From: an uncultured Gemmatimonadales bacterium
Lineage (GTDB): Bacteria; Gemmatimonadota; Gemmatimonadetes; Longimicrobiales; RSA9
NCBI GenBank assembly: GCA_963783305.1
Contig: CAWAMW010000007.1
Location: 591,511-655,510, forward strand
Reading direction: 5' to 3'
Length of the DNA: 64,000 bases
Shown: positions 17,570 through 29,472 of the stretch, in pieces
Layout: each line of letters begins with the position of its first letter
How positions within the stretch are numbered: position 1 is the stretch's first letter
Position numbers and translations under genes: made by a program
The notes under the pieces: model-generated
The model's database searches: none
What the model was told of the DNA's origin: nothing
What the model saw: the letters and a program-made list of their open reading frames with translations, nothing else

Positions 17570-18602
17570 GGTCCGACGAAGACAGCGCGTGCGACCGCAT
17601 CAGCGCCAGCGCGTCACGCGGAGACCCCGGCGCTCGACGCCAGAACCGCCGCCGCTTTCGCACCGTGCCCGGAAGCCGCAGAAGCGCCCCCGACCATGCC
17701 CGCAACAGGGTTCGGATGATCGTGAGCTTCGACGGCATCGCCACCCGGAGCGCTCCTTCCGGTTCCGCCTTCGAGCCACGGGACTGCCATGCCAGCCGCG
17801 CCAGGCGCCGGAGCGTGTGAAGCATCGAGATTGGCCAGTACCACACCGGGAGCAGCTTGAAGATCGTGGTGAGACGGTTTCGCTCGCCGTAATACAGCTT
17901 GAGAGGCGAGTACCGGCGGGTGCTGAGTGACCGCTGGTGCCGCGCCACGGCACCCTCCGCGAAGACCGTCCGATGGCCCAGCAGGTGGAACCGCAGGAAG
18001 AAATCCGTCTCCTCGAAGAAGAGGAAGTAATCCTCATCGAAGTCGATCTCACCGAGCGCTTCCCGACGGAAGCACATGACGGCGCCGTAGCTCCCGAACG
18101 CGCCCTCCCGCCCCGGAGCCACCGCACCGGGGCTGTACCGCTCCCCGGAAGCCACGTTCTGCGCGTGGAGATCCGCGAAAAAGCGCACCCCCAGCGAGTT
18201 GACCACCGGCGGATCCGTCGCCTCGAGCACCAGCGTCGCGACCGCGTCCGCACCCGGATCCGCGTCCAGCGCCATAACGGCGGCCGTCGCCCAGCCCGGA
18301 TCGAACACCAGGTCCATGTTGCAGAGCACGACGATCGGGCTCTCCGCGCGCTCCAGCAGCCGGTTCAGCGCGCCCGCGTACCCCAGGTTCCGCGCCGACT
18401 GGACTACATCCACATCCGGGAATGCCTCCGCTACTGCGGCCGCCGACCCATCGCTCGACGCGTTGTCGAACACCCGCACCCGGCACTCCGGCCCCTCCTG
18501 CAACCGGATCGATCGCACGCACTCCGTCAGCGCCGCGCCGCCGTTGAAATTGACGACACCAAACTCGACCACGGGCGTGCGATCCGACGGCAAATCAGCC
18601 AT
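17556..18602 (-). CDS. Glycosyltransferase family 2 (rhamnosyltransferase/WbbL-like)
   Basis: VVNFNG, FDNASSDGS, NLGYAGALN, CNMD, FDEDYFLFFEETD, ERNRL. Start is ATG 18602 or GTG 18611. Confidence 0.85.
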   Translation of the reverse strand: MADLPSDRTPVVEFGVVNFNGGAALTECVRSIRLQEGPECRVRVFDNASSDGSAAAVAEAFPDVDVVQSARNLGYAGALNRLLERAESPIVVLCNMDLVFDPGWATAAVMALDADPGADAVATLVLEATDPPVVNSLGVRFFADLHAQNVASGERYSPGAVAPGREGAFGSYGAVMCFRREALGEIDFDEDYFLFFEETDFFLRFHLLGHRTVFAEGAVARHQRSLSTRRYSPLKLYYGERNRLTTIFKLLPVWYWPISMLHTLRRLARLAWQSRGSKAEPEGALRVAMPSKLTIIRTLLRAWSGALLRLPGTVRKRRRFWRRAPGSPRDALALMRSHALSSSDLRLR

Positions 18603-18695
18603 AGAAGTCACATTAGATGTGTAATGCTAAGGTCTTGTCCAACACCGGCTTGAATGATGTGCCATAACCCTGTTTCAGCCCCGGACGTCGGCGGA

Positions 18696-19709
18696 TCAGG
18701 ATCGCGCGTCGCCACCATCGGAGGGGGGCGACCCCGCGCCGATCCGGCGCCGGATGGCATCGAGCTCCGCGTGCTGGTTCGCCATCATCTCCGCCACCAG
18801 GCCGAAGCCCACGAGCAGAAACCCCAGCGTCTCCAGGAGGATCACCAGGTAGAGGAGCGGCCGGAACCCGAAGGGCGGCATGGCGTGGATCACTCGCAGG
18901 ACGATGGTCACGAGGCCTACCATCACGCCGAGGCCAGCCATGACGAGGCCGCTCAGGCCGAAGAAGAGCATCGGCTTGCGGGAGAAGAACAGGAAGAAGG
19001 CGACGGAAAGGAGGTCGAGCACCCCCACCACGATGCGGCTCCGGCCGGAGTACTTGGCAACGCCGTGGCGGCGCGGGTGGAGCGTGATGTCGATCTCCGT
19101 GACCGTGAATCCCCGGTCGTAGGCCAGAACGACGAAGAAGCGGTGCCAGTCATGGCGCAGCGGCACTTCCCGGAGGACATGGCTGCGGAAGGCCTTCATC
19201 GAGTTCAGGTCCGAGACGGGGACCTTGAAGAGGGCGCGGCTCAGGCGATTGTACGTGCTCGAGACCACCTTCTTCTCATAGGGTCCGATCTTCCGGCCGG
19301 TGACGATGTCCCAGCCTTCCCCCAGCTTGTCGAGGAATCGGGGGATGTCGTCGGTGTCGTGCTGGAGGTCCGCGTCGAAAAGGACGAGCCACTCGGCGTC
19401 GGTGGCCGCGGCGCCGGTCATCAATGCCTCGGTCTTGCCGAAGTTGCGGCGGTGCCGAACCACCCTGAACCGGTCCCAGTCCGCGGTTTCCGACTCCGCT
19501 CGCTCGGCCGTGCCGTCGGTGGAGCCGTCGTCCACGAGGATGACCTCACCCTCCAGGTCGTGGGCATCCCAGGTGGCCCGGAGCTCCCGGACCAGATCGG
19601 GGATGTTGTCGGCCTCGTTCAACGCGGGGATGATGACGGCGAAGCGCTGCCGCACCCGCGGCTCCAGCGTTCCCCGCCCGGCCCCGGGCTCCTGCGTCGC
19701 CTCGCTCAT
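18696..19709 (-). CDS. GT2, ArnC/GtrB-like polyprenyl-phosphate glycosyltransferase
   Basis: IIPALNEADN, VDDGSTDGT, RNFGKTEAL, FDADLQ, HPRRHGVAKY and two C-terminal TM helices. Confidence 0.88.
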   Translation of the reverse strand: MSEATQEPGAGRGTLEPRVRQRFAVIIPALNEADNIPDLVRELRATWDAHDLEGEVILVDDGSTDGTAERAESETADWDRFRVVRHRRNFGKTEALMTGAAATDAEWLVLFDADLQHDTDDIPRFLDKLGEGWDIVTGRKIGPYEKKVVSSTYNRLSRALFKVPVSDLNSMKAFRSHVLREVPLRHDWHRFFVVLAYDRGFTVTEIDITLHPRRHGVAKYSGRSRIVVGVLDLLSVAFFLFFSRKPMLFFGLSGLVMAGLGVMVGLVTIVLRVIHAMPPFGFRPLLYLVILLETLGFLLVGFGLVAEMMANQHAELDAIRRRIGAGSPPSDGGDARS

Positions 19710-19781
19710 GGGGGTGAGTATGGAACGGAAGGAGTGGCAATGCCAGTGGACGCGGAAAGCCGGAGGCCGCCGCAGACGCCG

Positions 19782-21224
19782 CTAGACCCGCTTCCGCATG
19801 CGAGCCGACAGAATGCCGAGCTGGTCACGGTACTTGGCCACCGTCCGGCGAGCGATCTGGATCCCCTCCTCCTTCAGCACGTTGACGATCGACTGATCGG
19901 TCAGCGGCTTCTTCGGATCCTCGTTCTCCACCAGGATCTCGATCTTGGCCTTGATGCCGCGGGCGCTCACGTCCTCCCCGCTGTCCGTGGACAGGCCGCT
20001 GGAGAAGAAGAACTTGAGAGGCAGCACGCCCCGCGGAGTCTGCACGTACTTCTCGTTCGTGACCCGCGAGACCGTGGACTCGTGCATCTCGATGACCTCG
20101 GCCACCTCCCGCAACGTGAGCGGCTTCAGGTACTGCACACCGCGCTCGAAGTACTCGCGTTGACGGTCCACGATGAAGTTCATGACCTTGAGCATGGTCT
20201 GGCGACGCTGCTCGATGGCCTGGATCATCCAGTTGGCGCTGTTCAGCTTGTTGCTGATGAACTCCTTGTTCTCCCCCTTGAACTTGCCCTTGTCCCGGGC
20301 GATCTCACGATAGGCGCGCGACAGCTTGAGCCGCGGCATGCTCGTGTCGTTCAGGAAGACGTGATACGTGCCGTCGATCTTGTCCACGATCAGGTCCGGC
20401 GTGATGTAGTTGTCGGCAGGAGCCGCGTACTTCAGTCCGGGTTTCGGATCGAGCTTGGCAATCTCGTCCGCCGCGGACTGCACCTCCTTGGCGGAGATCG
20501 ACAGGTCCTTCGAGATCTCGCTCCAGCGGTGGTTCACCAGCTCATCGAAATACTGGTCCACGATCCGATAGGTGAGGGAGTCCTCGAGCTCCTCGTCCTG
20601 GAGCTGCAGCAGGATGCACTCCCGCAGGTCGCGCGCACCGATCCCCGGGGGATCGAACCGCTGGATCCGCTGAAGCAGCGCTTCGGCCTCGGCCACCTCA
20701 TAGGGCTCCAGCGTCTCATCCTCCTGCGTCCAGGCATCGCCGTGGTCCTCGACCCACTCGTTGAGCCCCGTCACGACCTCGTCCAGCGAACACGCCAGGA
20801 AGCCCTCGTCCTCGATGTTGCCGACGATTTCCTCGCCCAGCAGCACCTCCCGCGGCGACAGCCGGAGCAGCTTCAGCTGGTCCAGCAGGTGGTCGGCGAG
20901 GTCGCGGCTCTCCACCCGCACGGGCTCGTAGTACTCCTTCTGCTCGTACTCCTGCTTCCGACCCCCCGCGTCGAAACCGTCCAGGAGGATCTCCTCCCAG
21001 TCGATCTCCTCTTCCTCCTTCTCATCCTTCGCCTCCAGGTCCTCGGCCTCCACCAGCGGCTCCTCGAGGTCGAGGAATGGGTTGTTCAGCATCTCCTGCT
21101 TGATGTGCTGCTGAAGGTCCATGAGAGGCATATACAGGAGGTCCATCGCCTGATACAGGCGAGGATTGATCTTCATCTCCTGCTTCATCTGGGTGCCCTG
21201 GTAGAGCCCCGTCTTGATACTCAT
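19782..21224 (-). CDS. rpoN: RNA polymerase sigma-54 factor
   Basis: Gln/Leu-rich region [24 protein letters not shown], RpoN box ARRTVAKYR. Confidence 0.97.
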   Translation of the reverse strand: MSIKTGLYQGTQMKQEMKINPRLYQAMDLLYMPLMDLQQHIKQEMLNNPFLDLEEPLVEAEDLEAKDEKEEEEIDWEEILLDGFDAGGRKQEYEQKEYYEPVRVESRDLADHLLDQLKLLRLSPREVLLGEEIVGNIEDEGFLACSLDEVVTGLNEWVEDHGDAWTQEDETLEPYEVAEAEALLQRIQRFDPPGIGARDLRECILLQLQDEELEDSLTYRIVDQYFDELVNHRWSEISKDLSISAKEVQSAADEIAKLDPKPGLKYAAPADNYITPDLIVDKIDGTYHVFLNDTSMPRLKLSRAYREIARDKGKFKGENKEFISNKLNSANWMIQAIEQRRQTMLKVMNFIVDRQREYFERGVQYLKPLTLREVAEVIEMHESTVSRVTNEKYVQTPRGVLPLKFFFSSGLSTDSGEDVSARGIKAKIEILVENEDPKKPLTDQSIVNVLKEEGIQIARRTVAKYRDQLGILSARMRKRV

Positions 21225-22435
21225 ACAGTCTCCGGCTTGCGGTATCGCTCTCGCATTCGCTCCGTCAACGTGGGACCGAAGTAGATCTCGGCCACGTCGT
21301 CATTCCACACCAGCTCGGCCACGGTGCCCGAGACCCGGACGCGGCCATCGTACATAATGTACGCCCGGTCGACGATCTCCAACGTCTGCTCGACGTTGTG
21401 ATCGCTGATGATCACGCCGATCCCCCTGTGCCTCAGCTCCGCCACGATCTGCTGGATGTCGTGCACGGCAATGGGGTCCACGCCGGCGAACGGCTCATCC
21501 AGCAGCATGAACTTCGGCTCGCTGACCAGTGCCCTCGTGATCTCCAGCCGGCGCCGCTCCCCACCCGAGAGGGAGTACGCCTTCGCTTTCCGCAGCGGCT
21601 TCAGCCCCAGCTCATCCAGCAGCCGCTCGAGCCGCGTCTTTCGCTCGGCCTTCGGCAGGTCCATGGTCTCCAGGATCGCCCGGATGTTGTCCTCGACCGA
21701 CAGCTTCCTGAAGATCGAGGGCTCCTGCGCCAGGTAACCAATCCCGTACCGGGCCCGCTTGTACATGGGGGTCTCGGTCAGCTCCCGGTCATCCAGGTAC
21801 ACCCGCCCGCGGTCTGGCCGGATCAGCCCCACCACCATGTAGAACGTCGTGGTCTTCCCCGCGCCGTTCGGACCCAGAAGTCCCACGATTTCGCCCTGGG
21901 AGACCTGGACGCTGACCTCATTCACCACTTTCCGTTTCCGGTAGCTCTTGACCAGGTTCTCCGACCGGAGCGTGCTGTCGGTGGCGCGGCGCGCCGCACC
22001 CTCGGGCCGAGGCGCGGTGGGACGGTGGTCATCTTCTAACAAGTTCCGTACCACCACGTCGAGCTCCGTCAGCAGCGCCTCCCGGCGCCCCGCGATTCGT
22101 TCCCATATGCCGGGCTCGACCCGAACCCGCTGCCACTCGTCGAGCGAGGGCTCGGGCCGGACCAGGTCCTGCTGTGCGGCGCGGGAAAGGACGTGGTCAC
22201 GGAGGTAGCGTGCAAGCTGCTGCGATGACTCCACGTCGTCGGCCTGGCCGCCTCGCATGATGGCCTGGTCCGGGCTCAGCCGCGCGTGCGCCGCGCGCAC
22301 TGCGGTCACCCATTCCGTACGCTCCACCACGCCCTCTTCATCGGCGTGGCGCACCAGCTCTACCAGTGCCAACGCGACGGAACCGTCATGGCGGCTGATC
22401 CCGGCCAGGTACTCTCTCAATTGGTCCACCGTCAT
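21221..22435 (-). CDS. lptB: LPS export ABC transporter ATPase LptB with about 155-aa N-terminal extension
   Basis: [46 protein letters not shown]. Sits in the classic position upstream of rpoN. Confidence 0.93.
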   Translation of the reverse strand: MTVDQLREYLAGISRHDGSVALALVELVRHADEEGVVERTEWVTAVRAAHARLSPDQAIMRGGQADDVESSQQLARYLRDHVLSRAAQQDLVRPEPSLDEWQRVRVEPGIWERIAGRREALLTELDVVVRNLLEDDHRPTAPRPEGAARRATDSTLRSENLVKSYRKRKVVNEVSVQVSQGEIVGLLGPNGAGKTTTFYMVVGLIRPDRGRVYLDDRELTETPMYKRARYGIGYLAQEPSIFRKLSVEDNIRAILETMDLPKAERKTRLERLLDELGLKPLRKAKAYSLSGGERRRLEITRALVSEPKFMLLDEPFAGVDPIAVHDIQQIVAELRHRGIGVIISDHNVEQTLEIVDRAYIMYDGRVRVSGTVAELVWNDDVAEIYFGPTLTERMRERYRKPETV

Positions 22436-23898
22436 CTCCCTGCCTCGTCCGCCCCCACCGGCGTCGGCGGGGGCTCCCCGTCGCGCGGCGCCCCCCCGGC
22501 CGGGTCCAGATACAGTCCTTCGATCGGGCCCTCCGCTTCTACCCTTGCCACGTCGCCCTGCTCCATGAAGAGCACGATTCGGCGCGCCCGCATGAAGTTC
22601 AGCGAAGCCGCAGCCGTCCCTTCGCCGGCGGTCCGATACAACGACAGCGCGTTCCCTGCCCCACCCACCACGACGATCCGCTCGAGGACCACCTCGGGGT
22701 CCTTCTTCGTCTCCGTGTCCCCACCGACGCGGGCCACGTCCACGTTCACGTTCACGTCCAGATCCTCGTCCTCGTCCGCCTCGTGTCGGCGCCCGGGGTC
22801 CGCCTCCGACCGGGCGAAGAACGCGAGGACGGTGTCGCCCTGGATCCAGTCCCGGGCGAGGTCGAGCGGCAGGGGACGTCCGCTCGCGGGGACCTCGACA
22901 TCGCGCTCGCCGTACGCGCGACCTACCGCCCGCAGCTCGCGAATCCCCAGCGAATCCGCCTGCGCGTGGATGGAGTCGGCCCGAAGCCGGAAATCACGCG
23001 CTGCCGCCCGGGCGCGGGGTGCGCCGGAGACACGATCGGGGTTCCAGGCCTCCAGCCCCTCCACGTCCCCATCGGCGAAGGCGATCCGGACCCGCTGGGC
23101 CCGGACGTCAAGGTCCTCCGAGGTGACGCGGGCGGCGCCGTCGGAGATGACCTCCCGGAGCCCGTCACCCTCGAGGAAGGCGTCGATACGGTTTCCCTGG
23201 AGGCGGTACGCATCGTTCTCCACGAACGCCCGTTCCGTGAGGGTCATGCGCTCTGCAGCCTGGTCGAACAGGGCGGTTCGGCCGCCCCCGACCATGTCCC
23301 CCCGAGTGATCTCCACATCGCCCTGGGCACGGAAGATCGACTCTCCCTCGAGCTCGATCCGGTCCGCCCACACCTCCGTGGGCACCGCGTCGTCCTCGCT
23401 CCCGGGGCCGGGCGGTCCCTCACCGACTTCTTCCGGGGGCATCACGGCGTGGGGACGGGTGCCCGTGACGATCATCCGGGCCACGGGGCGTTCCTCGTTC
23501 TCACGGAGGTAGTTGAGATTGTCGCCCTCCATGACCGCGCCTCTGCGGAGGTCCCGGAGGACGGTGGAGCCGCGGGCGAGGAGCTGGTCCATGCGCCCCA
23601 GGTAATTTGCCCAGTCGGCGGTGAGCTGGCGGGTGCTGTCCCGGTACACCACACTGCCCACGAGCTCCACGGATGAGGCGACGCGGTTCACTACCGCGCT
23701 GTCGGCCTCCAAACGGACGCCTCCGCTGCACAGGAATCGGACCGGGTCGCCGAAGTACACCAGCTCCTCGCCGCGCCTGTTGATGAGACGGCGGAAATCG
23801 GAGGGGAGGACCTGGCGGCACGTCCGGGCCTGCGCCTCGAGGATGCCGGGGACGAGGGTGAAGCAGAGTGCGACGGCGACCGCCCACGGCCGTCGCAT
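22432..23898 (-). CDS. Long LptA/OstA-like beta-jellyroll periplasmic protein
   Basis: Signal peptide and repeated OstA-type motifs ([34 protein letters not shown]). Lies between lptC and lptB. Confidence 0.72.
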   Translation of the reverse strand: MRRPWAVAVALCFTLVPGILEAQARTCRQVLPSDFRRLINRRGEELVYFGDPVRFLCSGGVRLEADSAVVNRVASSVELVGSVVYRDSTRQLTADWANYLGRMDQLLARGSTVLRDLRRGAVMEGDNLNYLRENEERPVARMIVTGTRPHAVMPPEEVGEGPPGPGSEDDAVPTEVWADRIELEGESIFRAQGDVEITRGDMVGGGRTALFDQAAERMTLTERAFVENDAYRLQGNRIDAFLEGDGLREVISDGAARVTSEDLDVRAQRVRIAFADGDVEGLEAWNPDRVSGAPRARAAARDFRLRADSIHAQADSLGIRELRAVGRAYGERDVEVPASGRPLPLDLARDWIQGDTVLAFFARSEADPGRRHEADEDEDLDVNVNVDVARVGGDTETKKDPEVVLERIVVVGGAGNALSLYRTAGEGTAAASLNFMRARRIVLFMEQGDVARVEAEGPIEGLYLDPAGGAPRDGEPPPTPVGADEAGR

Positions 23899-23900
23899 GC

Positions 23901-24473
23901 TCAGAACTCGATCTCGAGGTTCTCGCCGGTGCTGCCGAAGACCTCGATGTCGGTCATGGCCTCATTGGCGCGGAAGCCGGTTCCCTCCAGCTTCGTGTCG
24001 CCCTGGTACATGACGGTGGCCACATCGCTCCACACGCGGCCACTGCGAGGATCGTAGTGCAGCTCCTCCGTGAGCAGCCGCCGCTGGTCCTTTTCCGTGA
24101 CCAGGACGACGTTGCCGCGGGCGACCATCTTGTTGGTGTTGGAGTCCAGCTCGCCCTCGTCGGCTGTGAGGTGCGCGGTCCGCGCGCCGTTCTCGTCGTA
24201 GAGCGTGACCTCCACGGGGAACATGAGCGTGCGCGCCGAGTCCTCCCAGATGTAGGCGGTATCGGCGTGGATCCGCGCCCGCAGGGAGCCGAGGTCCTTG
24301 ATGTCCGTGTCCAGCTGCTGGACGACGTGGTCGGCCGGCAGGTCCCGGAACGCACGCTCCGCCACCGGGTCGTCCCCATCGGCGCACGCGGCGCCCAGGC
24401 CCACGAGCAGCGTCGCCAGCCATACCCGCCCTGTCCTGGTGGTCTCCAGCCTCATTCCGAATCCCCGATCCAC
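23901..24473 (-). CDS. lptC: LPS export periplasmic protein LptC
   Basis: LTADEG, ARGNVVL, LLTEELHYD, LEGTGF. Lies after kdsD. Alternative start ATG 24455. Confidence 0.85.
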   Translation of the reverse strand: MDRGFGMRLETTRTGRVWLATLLVGLGAACADGDDPVAERAFRDLPADHVVQQLDTDIKDLGSLRARIHADTAYIWEDSARTLMFPVEVTLYDENGARTAHLTADEGELDSNTNKMVARGNVVLVTEKDQRRLLTEELHYDPRSGRVWSDVATVMYQGDTKLEGTGFRANEAMTDIEVFGSTGENLEIEF

Positions 24474-24489
24474 ATTCCCCTCGATCCGC

Positions 24490-25497
24490 TCAGACGGCGC
24501 CTGCCCGCATCAGGTCGTGCAGGTGCACGACCCCCAGCAAACGCCCCTCCTCCACCACCGGCAGCGCCATGATGCCGTGGGTCTCCATCTGGTACACCGC
24601 GGCGGACCCCAGTGCGTCGGGCTCAACGACCTTGGGCGACCGGTTCATCACCGCGGTGAGAGGCACATCAAAGACGTTCGCCTCGCGCTCCATGAGCCGT
24701 GTCAGGTCGCCCGCCGTGACCACGCCCAGCACCTCTTCGTCGTCGCCCACGACCACCACTGTGCCGCGCTTCTCCGCCAGGAGCACGACGCAGCGCCGCA
24801 TGTCGTCGTCGGGCCGCAGCCTGGGAAGGTCGGCCGGGTCCTGGACCATCACGTCCCTCACGCGCAGCGTGAGCTTTCGCCCGAGCGCGCCGCCAGGGTG
24901 CAGCCGGGCGAAGTCTTCGGCCCCGAACCCTTTCCGGAGCAGCAGCGCCACGGCGAGGGCGTCGCCCATGGCGAGCGTGACCGTCGTGGACGTGGTGGGC
25001 GCCAGGTCCATGGGGCAGGCCTCCTCCTGCACCGAGCAATCCAGCACCACGGTCGCCGCGCGTCCCAGCGAGGAGGCCAGGCGGCCGGTCATCCCGATCA
25101 TGGATACACCGGAACGACTCAGGAATTCCACGAGCCCCGAAAGCTCGGAGGTCTCGCCGCTCTTCGATATGAGGATGGCGACATCATCGCGCCCCACGAT
25201 CCCGAGATCGCCGTGCAGCCCTTCCACCGGGTGGAGGAACATGGCGGGGGTGCCCGTGGATGTCAGTGTAGCCGCGATCTTCCGACCGATGATCCCGCTC
25301 TTCCCCACCCCGCACACCACCACCCGGCCGCTGGCGTGAGCGATGATCCGCACGGCCTCGAGGAACGCCTCGCCGATCCGCTCCTCGAGCGCGGCCACCG
25401 CCGTGGCTTCCGCCCGGATCACCGCCCTGGCGCGCCGCACCAGCTCCGTCTCGTCGGTGAGGGGTCCGTCGGCAAAGCCCAGCTCCCCGGCGCTCAT
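24490..25497 (-). CDS. kdsD: Arabinose-5-phosphate isomerase (KpsF/GutQ, SIS plus CBS)
   Basis: GVGKSGIIGRKIAAT, HGDLG, EACPMDLAPTTST, HPGGALG and a CBS pair. Start MSAGELG overlaps the kdsC stop. Confidence 0.95.
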   Translation of the reverse strand: MSAGELGFADGPLTDETELVRRARAVIRAEATAVAALEERIGEAFLEAVRIIAHASGRVVVCGVGKSGIIGRKIAATLTSTGTPAMFLHPVEGLHGDLGIVGRDDVAILISKSGETSELSGLVEFLSRSGVSMIGMTGRLASSLGRAATVVLDCSVQEEACPMDLAPTTSTTVTLAMGDALAVALLLRKGFGAEDFARLHPGGALGRKLTLRVRDVMVQDPADLPRLRPDDDMRRCVVLLAEKRGTVVVVGDDEEVLGVVTAGDLTRLMEREANVFDVPLTAVMNRSPKVVEPDALGSAAVYQMETHGIMALPVVEEGRLLGVVHLHDLMRAGAV

Positions 25498-26083
25498 GCC
25501 GGTTCGAGGTGGTCGAGGATGTCGCCGCCCGCCTCGCGGGATCGGCAGTACGCGTCCACCAGCCGGGGCCACTCGCCGCGCGCCTTGAGCAGCGCCTCCG
25601 CAAACTCGCGCACGGCACCTCTGCCGCCGGGGACGCTCGTGGTCCAGCGCGCCTCGGCGTGCAGCTCCGCCGCGGCGTTCGCCACGGCCACCGGGAACCC
25701 CGCCCTGCGCATGACGGGCAGGTCGGCCAGGTCGTCGGCGACCATGGCCAGCGACTCCCACCCCGCGCCCGCCTCCTCCAGCACCTCCTCCACGGCGGCC
25801 ATCTTGTAGCCGCCCGCGATCTGCCGGACCGGCACATCCAGCTCGCTCGCCCGGAGGTCCGTGGCCGGGGATTCCCGTCCGCTCACCAGCTCCACGTGCA
25901 GCCCCGCCCAGATCAGCATCCGGATCCCGAGGCCGTCCATGATGTCGAAGCGCTTCAGCTCCACGCGCTCGCCTCCGGCCGTGGCGCCGATATACACGCC
26001 GTTGTCCGTCAGCACGCCGTCCACGTCCAGCACAACCACGCGAACGGCGCGAGCGAGCTCAGCCGGTATCGGAGTCGGCCGCG

Positions 26084-26087
<4 letters not shown>
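25494..26087 (-). CDS. kdsC: KDO 8-phosphate phosphatase (HAD family)
   Basis: LDVDGVLTD, DGLGI, SGR, DDLADL, GGRGAVRE. Confidence 0.93.
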
Positions 26088-28707
<2,620 letters not shown>

Positions 28708-29472
28708 TCATTTCACCGTCCTTTCGCCGGCCAGCCGATCCGCGGCCCGGCGCGCGTCTTCCGGTGTGTCTATGCCCCCTTCGGCGGCCGCCACCACGGC
28801 GACCCCGATGCTGAGTCCTGCGGCCAGGGGCCGGAGCTGCTCCAGGCGCTCGGCTCCCTCCAGCTCAGACGGGGGAAGCGCCACCCACCGCTCGAGTGCC
28901 TCGGGTGAGTAGGCGTATACGCCAATATGCCGGAGAAAGCGGTCCGACGCGAGGTCCGATGCGTCGGGCTCCGCGTCCCGCACATGCGGGATCGGCGCGC
29001 GTGAAAAGTACAACGCTCCGCCCGCATCGTTCCGGACGACCTTGACGACCGACGGATCGAGCCATGCCGAGCGGGTCTCCACGGCCGAAGCCACCGTCCC
29101 CACATCCCAGCCGTCCCTGACCCGCTCCACGGCCCCGCGCACATGCTCCTCGAGCACGAACGGCTCATCGCCCTGGATGTTCACGACCACGCCCGTTCCC
29201 GAGAACTCCGGTCGTCTCGCCACCTCCGCCACCCGCTCGGTTCCGGAGCCGTGCTCCACCCCGGTCAATGTCACCTCGGCACCCGCCGCCCGGCACGCTT
29301 CGGCGACCTCCTCGCTGTCCGTCGCCACCAGGACCTGGTCGAGGATCGAGAAGCCGCTCGCGCGGCGCCAGACCCACTCGATGAGCGGCCGGCCGGCGAG
29401 CACGTGGAGCGGCTTGCGCGGCAGGCGCGCCGAGCCCAGCCGTGCCGGGATCACGCCCAGAACGCGGCTCAA
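28708..29472 (-). CDS. kdsB: CMP-KDO synthetase
   Basis: GVIPARLGSARLPRKPL, SGTERVAEV, NIQGDEP, ALYFSRAPIP, HIGVYAY, ERLEQLR. Probable TTG start overlaps the upstream stop. Confidence 0.95.
   Translation of the reverse strand: MSRVLGVIPARLGSARLPRKPLHVLAGRPLIEWVWRRASGFSILDQVLVATDSEEVAEACRAAGAEVTLTGVEHGSGTERVAEVARRPEFSGTGVVVNIQGDEPFVLEEHVRGAVERVRDGWDVGTVASAVETRSAWLDPSVVKVVRNDAGGALYFSRAPIPHVRDAEPDASDLASDRFLRHIGVYAYSPEALERWVALPPSELEGAERLEQLRPLAAGLSIGVAVVAAAEGGIDTPEDARRAADRLAGERTVK

Noticed and set aside
18648..18665. TGGCAC on the minus strand as a sigma54 promoter for the GT2
   Set aside because: The -12 position reads AA rather than GC, and the nearest GC is 2 bp out of register.
18654..21284. 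876-aa + strand ORF opposite GT2 and rpoN
   Set aside because: Shadow frame of two well-supported minus-strand genes.
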